From: an uncultured Pseudomonadales bacterium
GTDB taxonomy: Bacteria; Pseudomonadota; Gammaproteobacteria; Pseudomonadales; CANNCY01
DNA: 64,000 nucleotides
NCBI GenBank assembly: GCA_947503335.1
Contig: CANNCY010000002.1
Span: 355,823 to 419,822, forward strand
Direction: 5' to 3'
Under the pieces are notes generated by a model, which ran no database searches, had not been told where the DNA came from, and saw only the letters and a program-made list of their open reading frames with translations. A program made the translations under genes and the position numbers. Below, in pieces: positions 48,651-57,384 of the stretch. Numbering within the stretch: the first letter of the stretch is position 1; each line of letters opens with the position of its first letter.

Positions 48651-50137
48651 CTAAATTCGATCCAGGTAGTTTTTAGCTCGGTGTAGTCGTCAAAGGCATG
48701 CATCGACTTATCACGGCCGTTGCCCGACTGCTTAAAGCCACCAAATGGTACTGTGATGTCACCGCCAAAGTAGTTGTTGATACCCATAGTACCTACACGC
48801 ACCTTGCGCGCAACACGATGCGCCACGTTGATATTATTTGACCATACCGCGCCAGCCAAACCAAAGATGCTGTCGTTAGCAATTTGAACTGCTTCTTCTT
48901 CGGTCTCGAAGGTAATTACCGACATCACAGGGCCAAAGATCTCTTCTTGCGCAATACGCATATCGTTGGTTACGCCGGTGAAGATGGTTGGTGTGTGGTA
49001 GTAACCACCAGTTTCACTCATCACCTGCTCACCACCGTAAGCCAGGGTTGCACCCTCGCCCTTACCAATAGCTACATAATCAGCAACGGTATTGAACTGG
49101 CCTTCATCAACCATGGGGCCCATCGAAGATTCTGGGTCTAATGGGTTGCCTGGCACCCAACCCTTAGTTGCTTCGATGACCTTAGCAACAAATTCATCAG
49201 CAACTGACTTTTCAACAATGAGTCGTGTACCTGCAGTACAGGTTTGACCACCATTGTAAAAAACAGCCATTGCAGCCATGGTAGCGGCCTTATCAAGATC
49301 AGCGTCAGCGAAGACAATATTGGGGCTCTTACCACCAAGCTCTAAGAAAGTACGCTTTAGGTTGCTCTGACCCGAGTACTCCATAAGCTGCTTTCCTACT
49401 GGTGTTGAACCAGTGAATGTTAGGCCGTCGATGTCCATGTGCGTCGCTAAATGCGAACCTAATGAACCGCCAGGCCCTGGCAATACCTGAAGAACACCAT
49501 CAGGCAAACCCGCTTCTTTTGCTAGCGCAGCAATACGTAACGCAGTCAATGGCGTGTTTGAAGCCGGCTTTAAGATAACCGAGTTACCTGCCGCAATTGA
49601 TGGGGCGAGCTTCCACGCAGTGGTCGATAACGGGAAGTTCCACGGAACAATCGCCGCCACAACACCCAACGGCAAGCGCTGAACTAGCGCTAATGAATCG
49701 TGACCAGTAGGCGAGATTTCTTCATAGATTTTATCGATCGCTTCGCCCGTCCAGCGAATAGTACGAACCGCTGACGGCACATCAACACCAGTTGTGTCGG
49801 CAATTGGCTTACCTACATCTAGGGTTTCTAGTAATGCGATCTCTTCTAGATTTTCTTCTATCAGCTGGGCCCAGCGTACCATTACGGCTTTGCGCTCGGC
49901 GGGTGCTAGATCAGCCCAAGTGCCTGCTTCGAATACTGCCTTAGCAGAAGCAATAGCGCGATCAGCGTCAGCAGGGGTACAGCTAACCACATCAGCTAAT
50001 TTGTCGCCATTGGCTGGGTTAAAGGTTGGGCGAGTTGCGCCAGATTCAGACTCAACGTATTGACCGTCGATAAAGGCACGCGCCTCGATTGAAAGACTGG
50101 CTGCTTTTTCTTGCCAGTACTGAAGAGTATTGCTCAT
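48647..50137 (-). CDS. puuC: Aldehyde dehydrogenase, PuuC/PauC-like
   Basis: LLETLDVGKPI, EAIDKIY, PWNFP, FTGST, SNLKRTFLELGGKSP, GQTCTAG, GNGRDKSMHAFDDYTELKTTWI. Confidence 0.85.
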   Translation of the reverse strand: MSNTLQYWQEKAASLSIEARAFIDGQYVESESGATRPTFNPANGDKLADVVSCTPADADRAIASAKAVFEAGTWADLAPAERKAVMVRWAQLIEENLEEIALLETLDVGKPIADTTGVDVPSAVRTIRWTGEAIDKIYEEISPTGHDSLALVQRLPLGVVAAIVPWNFPLSTTAWKLAPSIAAGNSVILKPASNTPLTALRIAALAKEAGLPDGVLQVLPGPGGSLGSHLATHMDIDGLTFTGSTPVGKQLMEYSGQSNLKRTFLELGGKSPNIVFADADLDKAATMAAMAVFYNGGQTCTAGTRLIVEKSVADEFVAKVIEATKGWVPGNPLDPESSMGPMVDEGQFNTVADYVAIGKGEGATLAYGGEQVMSETGGYYHTPTIFTGVTNDMRIAQEEIFGPVMSVITFETEEEAVQIANDSIFGLAGAVWSNNINVAHRVARKVRVGTMGINNYFGGDITVPFGGFKQSGNGRDKSMHAFDDYTELKTTWIEFS

Positions 50138-50190
50138 GAAGGTACCTACTTTCTGTTATTCGTTTCAAAGCGTTAATTATTTAAAACACA

Positions 50191-50229
50191 TTGTCTACGA
50201 TATCGAACAGAAAGCAAGCACCCTTTGAC
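50191..50229. promoter_or_regulatory. Tandem 18-bp operators upstream of puuC
   Basis: CGTTAATTATTTAAAACA (50191-50208) and TGTCTACGATATCGAACA (50212-50229), 21-bp period. Confidence 0.55.
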
Positions 50230-50236
50230 TAAGCTG

Positions 50237-50806
50237 TTACAGCAGATCCGTTACAATGGTATCGCGTACATCGTTTTCGACTAGCTGTTCTTCGATAGGA
50301 AACACATCACTATCACAATAAACCGAAACTGAAGCCCCTGTAATCAATGCATCACGCATCTCATCAGTAAGTGGCCAAGTTAAGAAATACACTGTCGAAA
50401 TCTCGTCGATCAAAGCGTTATCTTCAGGAGACACCGCATCAAACCCCGAAATTGCCAACTTTAAGCCACGGGCTACGCCGCCCAATTTAGCAAGTAACTG
50501 CGGGTCGGAAAGATCAATAATCAATGTGGCTTTAAAATTGGTGCCGTCAGGAATCAGGCCCTGGTAACGCTCTAACTCGCGTGTAATTGCGTCGTGACTG
50601 TCATCGCCCGCCTCATAGAGCATCTCTTGCACTTGATGGCGCACAGTGATGGAGTCTTCAAAATGCAGCCAACCGCGCACTTGGCCGTTGTGGCTAAGCG
50701 CTACCTGCCGATTCATCTTGTACGTTAATACCTTGGCACAGTAGTCGTCACGCTGCTCTGTGTAATCAGCTAAAGACCAGATATCTTCTACGGTTAATTC
50801 GGCCAT
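50237..50806 (-). CDS. DUF3501 family protein
   Basis: LTVEDIWSLADY, LHFEDSITVRHQVQEML, LIPDGTNFKATL; ATG 50806 with GGAGG RBS. Confidence 0.8.
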   Translation of the reverse strand: MAELTVEDIWSLADYTEQRDDYCAKVLTYKMNRQVALSHNGQVRGWLHFEDSITVRHQVQEMLYEAGDDSHDAITRELERYQGLIPDGTNFKATLIIDLSDPQLLAKLGGVARGLKLAISGFDAVSPEDNALIDEISTVYFLTWPLTDEMRDALITGASVSVYCDSDVFPIEEQLVENDVRDTIVTDLL

Positions 50807-50928
50807 GCCGAACCTCCTGCGCGTCTTGCGCGTAATCTTAAACAAAGATCAACCAGTACAAGCTGGGCGTTATTCCCTCTGGCTTAGTAATCAGAACTGT
50901 ACGCTAGAAACATCAAATTTGCCAGTAT

Positions 50929-51237
50929 TCACATCAACTGACAGTTTATATCAGGTTGGCCATCAACCAAATACATTGCCGAATCGCCCTTGGTCCAGAA
51001 ACCCACGTTCCCGGCAGACCATCGCTCTCCAGAACCACTGCGAACTCGGTCTAAGGCAAATTTATTTTTCTGCACATAAAGTACTGCCGTCTGCTCGCTT
51101 AAATACTCGATTCGAACATCCTTATCAGCACAACTGTAAGCTGTTGTTTTTGAAGATGTTGCGGCACATCCAGCCATCACACCCAACGCCAATGCCAATG
51201 CCAATGCCAATGCCACCAAACTAAGCCTAATCATCAC
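50929..51237 (-). CDS. mliC: MliC-family lysozyme inhibitor lipoprotein
   Basis: Lipobox MAGC, YSC, SGSGERW, FWTKGD, C-terminal Cys. Confidence 0.82.
   Translation of the reverse strand: MMIRLSLVALALALALALGVMAGCAATSSKTTAYSCADKDVRIEYLSEQTAVLYVQKNKFALDRVRSGSGERWSAGNVGFWTKGDSAMYLVDGQPDINCQLM
51188..51215. repeat. (GCCAAT)4 hexamer repeat encoding (Leu-Ala)n in the MliC signal peptide
   Basis: gccaat x4 followed by gcca, read directly. Confidence 0.9.
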
Positions 51238-51321
51238 TATTCTCGCTCTATATACTAATCTTTCTATTGTTGGTCGGTATCACTCAGTTAAGCTTAGCTG
51301 ATCATCTATAGGTATAAATTA

Positions 51322-52269
51322 ATGAGCGAATTCAACCAGCCGCTAGGCGGCAATGAGATGCCCCGTTTTGGTGGCCCTTCAACAATGTTTCGTCTGCCAA
51401 GCGACAACGATTACTCTAACTTAGATATCGGTATTGTAGGCATTCCATTAGATATAGGTGCCTCTAATCGATCTGGCACGCGTTATGGGCCTCGTCAAAT
51501 AAGAAGCGAGTCAGTGCTTGTTAGACCCTACGGCATGGCGACTGGCGCGGCGCCCTTTGATTCATTTCAAATCGCTGACACTGGCGACGTTGCGATCAAT
51601 ACATTCAGCCTAGAAAAATCGATCGGCATTATCGAAGCCCACTATGACAAGATCGTAGCCGGTGATATGAAGCCCGTGACATTGGGAGGCGATCATACAG
51701 TCGCTCTACCTATCTTACGAGCCCTCGCCAAAAAGCACGGCCCGATGGCCCTAGTGCACGTAGACGCCCACGCTGATATCAATGATCACATGTTTGGTGA
51801 ACGTATTTGTCACGGCACAATCTTTAGACGCGCAATCGAAGAAGGCTTAATCGAACCCACCTGCATGACGCAAATCGGCCTACGTGCAACCGGGTATGCT
51901 GCAGACGATTTTGACTGGTCTAGGCAGCAGGGCGCTACCGTAGTGACCGCCGAAGAGTGCTGGCACAAATCGTTAGAGCCGCTAATGGCTGAGGTACGCG
52001 CTCGCATTGGTGATCGCCCAGTGTATCTAAGCTTTGACATCGACGGCCTAGATCCTTCTGTGGCACCGGGCACAGGCACGCCTGAGCCGGGTGGTTTAAC
52101 AACGATTCAAGGGCTAGAGATTATTCGAGGGATGTGGGGCACTAATTTAATTGGTGCAGATCTTGTAGAGGTATCGCCACCATACGACACCACCGGTAAT
52201 ACAGCGTTACTTGCTGCTAACCTTGTTTTTGAAATGCTTTGCAGTTTTAAAGGATGCGTGCGCCGATAG
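51322..52269 (+). CDS. speB: Agmatinase / guanidinobutyrase (ureohydrolase)
   Basis: LGGDH, HVDAHAD, SFDIDGLDP, APGTGTPEPGG, DLVEVSPPYD. Confidence 0.9.
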   Translation: MSEFNQPLGGNEMPRFGGPSTMFRLPSDNDYSNLDIGIVGIPLDIGASNRSGTRYGPRQIRSESVLVRPYGMATGAAPFDSFQIADTGDVAINTFSLEKSIGIIEAHYDKIVAGDMKPVTLGGDHTVALPILRALAKKHGPMALVHVDAHADINDHMFGERICHGTIFRRAIEEGLIEPTCMTQIGLRATGYAADDFDWSRQQGATVVTAEECWHKSLEPLMAEVRARIGDRPVYLSFDIDGLDPSVAPGTGTPEPGGLTTIQGLEIIRGMWGTNLIGADLVEVSPPYDTTGNTALLAANLVFEMLCSFKGCVRR

Positions 52270-52290
52270 CGCCGCATCAACCATCATTAA

Positions 52291-52974
52291 TTAACGGCGA
52301 GATACACTTGCCGCGCGCGCATCTAATCGCGCTAACAGCTCGTCCATCTGAGGGTCGTTAGATAGGCCTGCTCGTGGGCGAGCTTGTGCGGTAGCAGTAC
52401 TAGAGGCAGCTGCAGCCGTCGAAGCCTTTGCAGCAGCTTTAGCTGCTTTTGCAGTTTTACGCGCCTCAGCGCGTCTTTTATCTGCAGCTGACTTTTTCAT
52501 CGACAAACGACGCGCTTCAATAGCCACCATGACCTGATGCATTTCGTCGCGACCGCCGTCAGAACCTGATTTTTTCGCCGGTGCTTCTTTTTTGGGTTCA
52601 GTTTGCTTGCCAGCTTCGTTTAGCATGTCTTTAAAGGCATCTAACGCTAATGCGCTGTTTGCCTTAGCCTTTGGCTTAGCAGCCTTAGGCTTTTCTTTAC
52701 GCGGCATACCTTGCACAAGCGCACCCAGCTCATCTTGCGCATCGCGCAAAAGTTCGCGTGCTTCAGCCGAGCTATCTGCCTCGCCCCAGGTTTCAAGCTT
52801 ATAGTCTTCAACACCGTGAGCGATGAGGTGGTCCATCAAAGGGCCGTGATGTTCTTTTGCCTGCGACTCTAGCAATATACTCCACGATCGCTCTACCGTT
52901 TCGTTACTTGAAACAGCAAACCAAGATTCTGTCTTTTCGTGAAATACAGTAAAAACTAGCACGTCTACAACCAA
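52291..52974 (-). CDS. Hypothetical protein: GIY-YIG-like N-terminus and Lys/Ala-rich tail
   Basis: N-terminal pattern resembles a degenerate GIY-YIG domain; tail contains KPKAAKPKAK and AKAAKAAAKA. Start uncertain. Confidence 0.6.
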   Translation of the reverse strand: MVVDVLVFTVFHEKTESWFAVSSNETVERSWSILLESQAKEHHGPLMDHLIAHGVEDYKLETWGEADSSAEARELLRDAQDELGALVQGMPRKEKPKAAKPKAKANSALALDAFKDMLNEAGKQTEPKKEAPAKKSGSDGGRDEMHQVMVAIEARRLSMKKSAADKRRAEARKTAKAAKAAAKASTAAAASSTATAQARPRAGLSNDPQMDELLARLDARAASVSRR

Positions 52975-53199
52975 CCCTTAAGTTATTCAACCAATGAATA
53001 TAGATACAAATTAGGCCTTCTGCGACTGAAGGCTGAGCTAGTAATTATAATCCAATAATAAAAAAACGGTGTTGGGAAAACCCACTATAGCGGCTTAAAA
53101 GATGACCACACTGTGAACGACTTATTACCAACTATAGAGTTGAGAACTTGTGCCTATTCTGTTTAGTACCATTGCAGTAATTATGGAGACTCATCGGTC

Positions 53200-53313
53200 A
53201 TGACCGCTATCGTCGCTTTCACCGCCCTCGCTACCTTTTCGCCAGCCGCTGCTTCAGCCATGGCCGGCGTCACACTCGCCGGCTGTATTATGGCCTTTGG
53301 AGTGATCGTATAA
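53200..53313 (+). CDS. Candidate 37-aa uncharged hydrophobic peptide [37 protein letters not shown]
   Basis: Manual translation (below the ORF-track cut-off); GGAG at 53185-88 upstream of ATG 53200; overlaps the exporter 3' end by 60 nt on the opposite strand. Confidence 0.4.
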   Translation: MTAIVAFTALATFSPAAASAMAGVTLAGCIMAFGVIV

Positions 53314-55302
53314 CCCCTTAGTTTTTCTATAGTGATCAAAGCGAATGGGCGCATCACCATGATGTACCCATATCTGTGTTGCCGGCATTTGCTCTAGCGC
53401 TGTTGCCACAATTGTGCTATTGCGCTCATCTAAGTGGGCGAGGGGCTCGTCAAGCAGCACTATCTTGGGCTGTTTAAAAAGTACACGCGCTATCGCTATA
53501 CGTGATCGTTGACCATCTGACAGTTCAACACTGTCTAATGGCGTATATAACCCCAATGGCAACGATAAAAACCACTGCCCTAAACCAACTCTCTGCAGGC
53601 TTTCGATAATCTTTGTCGCTTCAGAAACACCACATTCACCAAAGTTCTCGATCAACAACCCATCAACTGGGTCTGTAGACGACACCCAACCAATACTCGC
53701 TTCAAGCGCGATCGAACTAATCTGCTTTACGTGAACACCATCAAAATAAATGTCAGTATCGTCGCTCTGATAACCTAACAACGACCTTAAAAAGTAACTT
53801 TTTCCTGAGCCCGATGGCCCACTAAGCAACAACCGTTCTCCTGCTGATAATTCAAAGCTATCGATTACACTTGTCTTTGACGCGCTAAAGGTTACCGACC
53901 CTTTTAACGCTAGCGTAATCTTGTGCTGCTCAATTTCATCTCTTTCAATTAACTCCACGATACGCTCATCGTAAAGCGACATCATGCGCCGCTCTTGATG
54001 ATATTTGACCAGGCCTTCGCTGCGCACCGCTAACATTGCTCGCCAAGCAGCCAGGGCGGCGATCATACCTACAGATATTGTGCCCACATTAAATGCATTA
54101 ACCAATAACAGGTACATACCACCGAGTTCGATTGCTCTAATAGCGCTCACCAATGCCTTAAGGTTCACCAACAATCGCTGGGTAGCGCTTTCTGTTTCTC
54201 GCTGGCGCTCGCACAATGTTGCCCAATGATTATTTAATGATTCGCTACCCTGGTTAAAGCGCTTGGCGATCTTGGCCGCAGCCCATTGCGCAACATGGGT
54301 GCTTAAGTTAGCTTGCGCTGATAAATCTTGGGCTGCACGTCGCCGAACAACATTCATAACAAACGCGCTCAATAACATATGTACACCAATCGCAATTAAG
54401 CTTAATAAAGCAAGCGGCCAATAGTAGTAGGCCATCAACATCAAAGCAGTGACCAAAAAGACAATGTCGGCAAATGCATTAATCGCGCTGTGTATGCGAA
54501 TACGTACTAACTCGCTCAGGGTAGCTATTCGCGACAGTGTTTCACCCACGCTGTGGCCAACTGACAGACCGGTTTGCTCGATCAATTTTGTGTGCAAGAT
54601 TTGGCGCGATGCCAGCTTTGCCCCTAGATGATTTTCTAACACCAGCGTGTCTTTAACGGCGGTGATCACCGCGATAAGCATCCCCAACAAGAAGAACGCC
54701 CCTATACCAACATAGGTTTCGTTGCGCGCTGACGAAACCGCCAAATGGTCGATCACCCATTGCATTTGCATCGGGGTCATCACTAACAGCATTTGAGCTA
54801 CTAGTGTTAACAGCAGAATCAGCAATGCAACTGGCCGGTTAATGGGTACGGGTATTTTATTGCGCGTATCTTTAGCCACATGAGCTGGTGAGGCCACCAA
54901 TAGGCTGGTTAATGCCACACCGGTAAAACAACGATTAACGTCGTCTTTAGTCACCTCTACATCACCCTGTGCAGGGTCGTATACAAGCCAGTTACCATTT
55001 TTCATAACCCTAATCAGCACAACAAAGTGATTGTGCTGCCAATGCACAATTGCTGGCACGTGTTGCTTTAAAAAGTGCTCGGGTTCGGCCCTTACCGCAG
55101 TACTAGACACGCCCATTTGCGCTAACAATTGACGCAACTGCCCCATCGTGAGGGGCTTAACTGCCCAACTAAAACGTCGCCGCATCTCGAGCAGACTCGC
55201 TTGTGATGCTCGCCCTTTAGTCAACGCCCACGTGGCACAGCACAGACCGCATTCAAAGGGGTGCCCTTGACGCATAGTTGCGCCCAACGAACTATTCGCC
55301 AT
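53254..55302 (-). CDS. Peptidase C39-containing ABC exporter (CvaB/RaxB-like)
   Basis: QGHPFECG (Cys), HWQHNHFVV (His), YDPA (Asp); TM domain; [18 protein letters not shown]. Confidence 0.9.
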   Translation of the reverse strand: MANSSLGATMRQGHPFECGLCCATWALTKGRASQASLLEMRRRFSWAVKPLTMGQLRQLLAQMGVSSTAVRAEPEHFLKQHVPAIVHWQHNHFVVLIRVMKNGNWLVYDPAQGDVEVTKDDVNRCFTGVALTSLLVASPAHVAKDTRNKIPVPINRPVALLILLLTLVAQMLLVMTPMQMQWVIDHLAVSSARNETYVGIGAFFLLGMLIAVITAVKDTLVLENHLGAKLASRQILHTKLIEQTGLSVGHSVGETLSRIATLSELVRIRIHSAINAFADIVFLVTALMLMAYYYWPLALLSLIAIGVHMLLSAFVMNVVRRRAAQDLSAQANLSTHVAQWAAAKIAKRFNQGSESLNNHWATLCERQRETESATQRLLVNLKALVSAIRAIELGGMYLLLVNAFNVGTISVGMIAALAAWRAMLAVRSEGLVKYHQERRMMSLYDERIVELIERDEIEQHKITLALKGSVTFSASKTSVIDSFELSAGERLLLSGPSGSGKSYFLRSLLGYQSDDTDIYFDGVHVKQISSIALEASIGWVSSTDPVDGLLIENFGECGVSEATKIIESLQRVGLGQWFLSLPLGLYTPLDSVELSDGQRSRIAIARVLFKQPKIVLLDEPLAHLDERNSTIVATALEQMPATQIWVHHGDAPIRFDHYRKTKGLYDHSKGHNTAGECDAGHG

Positions 55303-56476
55303 GACCGGTCATTCCTTTAGGTAGCAATAAGTAACTACCCAATGACATCGACTTGTCTTGAAGAGACACCACACCTTGGTCGCCGATAGCGATTGGGTCT
55401 GGCGGCACGCCGGTGAACGTGAATAGCGCTCGAAACCCCTGAGCACTATCAAGGGCCGTCGTATCAGATTGGTGTAAATCAACGTTGAATGCACCATGAT
55501 AAAGCCACGGCAGGTGGTTCAACTGTACCGATGCCCCACGCTTAATCAGTTCTAAGTCATCTGCGTCACCAATGCGCGTTTCAAAAGCAAGCTCGGCACC
55601 TATGGGCGTTATCAAAGCGATTGCTCGCCCAGCGGCGGGCTGCACACTTGATTTGTATAAATATACTCGCCCGCCAATCGGCGCCCGAAGCCAGTGTGAG
55701 GCACTTAAACGGTTACTGTTACTATCTAACTCTAACATCGCTAACTCTTGCTCGCCTTTCGCCTTGATTAACGCTAGCTGTTGTACCAGAAGCTGGTACT
55801 CTTCATCTGCTTTACGATGCTGCTCTGTTAATTGCGTCTTTTGCTGTAGCAATAGGCTTAGTTGTTGCATCGCCTCAATCTGTTGTACCTGGGCCTGCTC
55901 AGCTGCAGCTACTGATAGCTGTTTAGCCTCCACTAGGAGATCAATTGACGCCTTGCGCTTGGTTAAGCGCTTAGACAACGCGGTAGATTCTTTGATTAGC
56001 TGGCTCAGACTATCTTTGCGTTTTAACAGATTGTCTTGATGCCTTTGTAGCTGACTAAGCGCGTGCTCGATTCGCTTTTTTTCTATCGTAATACTTTGCT
56101 TTTGGTTGTCGATTTGTAAATCAATTAATTCGGCACGGGCGCGATGAAGCTCAGGCTGATTTAACGACTGCTGCCACGCGATCTTAGCAATCGGCTGCCC
56201 TTGTGATACCGACTGCCCGTCGTTAACTGCCCACTCTATCAAATAGGCCTGATGGGGCATCGTAATGCTTATAGGCGAAGGCACGGTGGTTACCTGACCT
56301 GTAAACCGCTTTATCGGGGCGTACTGCACCAACGCCAAGAGTGCGATGATGCCTATCACTAGTACAATCAGTAGTTGCGACCATCTAATCAGTACGTGAT
56401 CACGCGGCTTTAACTCACCATAGCGCTGTACTAACTGAAAAGATTCGGGCCTAAAGAGAGATGAAGTGTTGCTCAT
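55292..56476 (-). CDS. HlyD-family membrane fusion protein (CvaA/RaxA-like)
   Basis: SLFRPE N-terminus, single [15 protein letters not shown] lipoyl half-motif, coiled coil, LRAPIGG. Confidence 0.85.
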   Translation of the reverse strand: MSNTSSLFRPESFQLVQRYGELKPRDHVLIRWSQLLIVLVIGIIALLALVQYAPIKRFTGQVTTVPSPISITMPHQAYLIEWAVNDGQSVSQGQPIAKIAWQQSLNQPELHRARAELIDLQIDNQKQSITIEKKRIEHALSQLQRHQDNLLKRKDSLSQLIKESTALSKRLTKRKASIDLLVEAKQLSVAAAEQAQVQQIEAMQQLSLLLQQKTQLTEQHRKADEEYQLLVQQLALIKAKGEQELAMLELDSNSNRLSASHWLRAPIGGRVYLYKSSVQPAAGRAIALITPIGAELAFETRIGDADDLELIKRGASVQLNHLPWLYHGAFNVDLHQSDTTALDSAQGFRALFTFTGVPPDPIAIGDQGVVSLQDKSMSLGSYLLLPKGMTGHGE

Positions 56477-56511
56477 AACCGCCTCTGCTATTACACAGAG
56501 GCGAGGTTATG
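56474..56511 (-). promoter_or_regulatory. Hairpin sequestering the RBS and AUG of the HlyD gene
   Basis: mRNA CAUAACC-UC-GCCUCUG-(8-nt loop)-CAGAGGC-GGUUAUG: 14-bp stem with a 2-nt bulge. Confidence 0.6.
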
Positions 56512-56537
56512 CTGCTACAACAAAGGTAGGAAAATAA

Positions 56538-57338
56538 TTAAACGAAATGCTTAATCTTATCTTTATAACTGCGGCTCATTTTTAATTGCGCACCTGAGCT
56601 AAGCAATAAATTAAACTCGCCATTAATGTGCGAGATCACCTTATCTACGCACTTAAGATTGACAATAGTCGAACGGTGAACTCGTTGGAATAGCGCAGGA
56701 TTAAGCTGCTTTTCTAGATCTTTCATGGTGACACGCATGATATGGGTTTTACCATTTGCGTGAATACACATGTAATCACCAGCGGCATCAACCCACTCAA
56801 TATCGCGCACATTAACCAGCTCGATCGCACTACCATCTTTAATAGCGATACGCTCAGGCCAAGGATCTTTCGCTTGTTCTGAGGCCGTAAAGTCGTCAAT
56901 GGTAGACGCCTGCTCGCCCGTTAAGTTAACAATCAAATCCATCAAGCGTTGCTTCTGATCTGACAAACTAGCCTGCTCGTGCGCCTTTTCAACCCGCTCA
57001 ATAGCACGCGCTAAACGATCGTCTTCGATAGGCTTTAAGACATAGTCTACCGCTCGCACATCAAATGCATCTAACGCGAACTGCCCGTACGCTGTTACAA
57101 ACACAACAATCGGCATGTTGTCTGATTGCATCTCGCGAACCACATCAAAGCCGTTTTTACCGGGCATCTGAATATCTAGAAACACCAGATCAGGCTTTTC
57201 TCGGTGAATTGCCTCAATCGCTTCACGACCGTTGGTACATTCGCCGATCACTTCAATCTGAGGATAATTTTCTAAACGTAAACGCAGCCCTTTTCTAGCT
57301 AGGTTTTCGTCATCAACAATAATCGTTTTAATGGGCAT
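56538..57338 (-). CDS. LytTR-family response regulator
   Basis: VDDE, FLDIQMP, FVTAY, DYVLKP; LytTR domain FQRVHRSTIVN, MSRSY. Confidence 0.95.
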   Translation of the reverse strand: MPIKTIIVDDENLARKGLRLRLENYPQIEVIGECTNGREAIEAIHREKPDLVFLDIQMPGKNGFDVVREMQSDNMPIVVFVTAYGQFALDAFDVRAVDYVLKPIEDDRLARAIERVEKAHEQASLSDQKQRLMDLIVNLTGEQASTIDDFTASEQAKDPWPERIAIKDGSAIELVNVRDIEWVDAAGDYMCIHANGKTHIMRVTMKDLEKQLNPALFQRVHRSTIVNLKCVDKVISHINGEFNLLLSSGAQLKMSRSYKDKIKHFV

Positions 57339-57384
57339 AGCAGCATCCTACTTATGTTCTTTTGGGTTCTATTGTTGTTAGGTT

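Noticed and set aside
53101-53166. Stop-codon read-through at TAG 53164 giving the small peptide a longer leader
   Set aside because: The upstream frame (DDHTVNDLLPTIELRTCAYSV) has no leader motif and no recoding signal is evident.
53160-53177. Fourth copy of the 18-bp puuC-type operator (TGTTTAGTACCATTGCAG)
   Set aside because: Only one half matches; the spacing and central AT do not fit.
52975-53253. Double-glycine-leader precursor downstream of the exporter on the minus strand
   Set aside because: Only tiny ORFs (MTDESP, MSLHNYCNGTKQNRHKFSTL, MVLNRIGTSSQLYSW) were found, none with a GG/GA leader.
34018-56476. RaxST/RaxAB-like sulfated-peptide system formed by the sulfotransferase plus HlyD/C39 exporter
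   Set aside because: The genes are about 17 kb apart with unrelated genes between, the sulfotransferase is the TPR-fused type, and the 37-aa candidate peptide has no Tyr.
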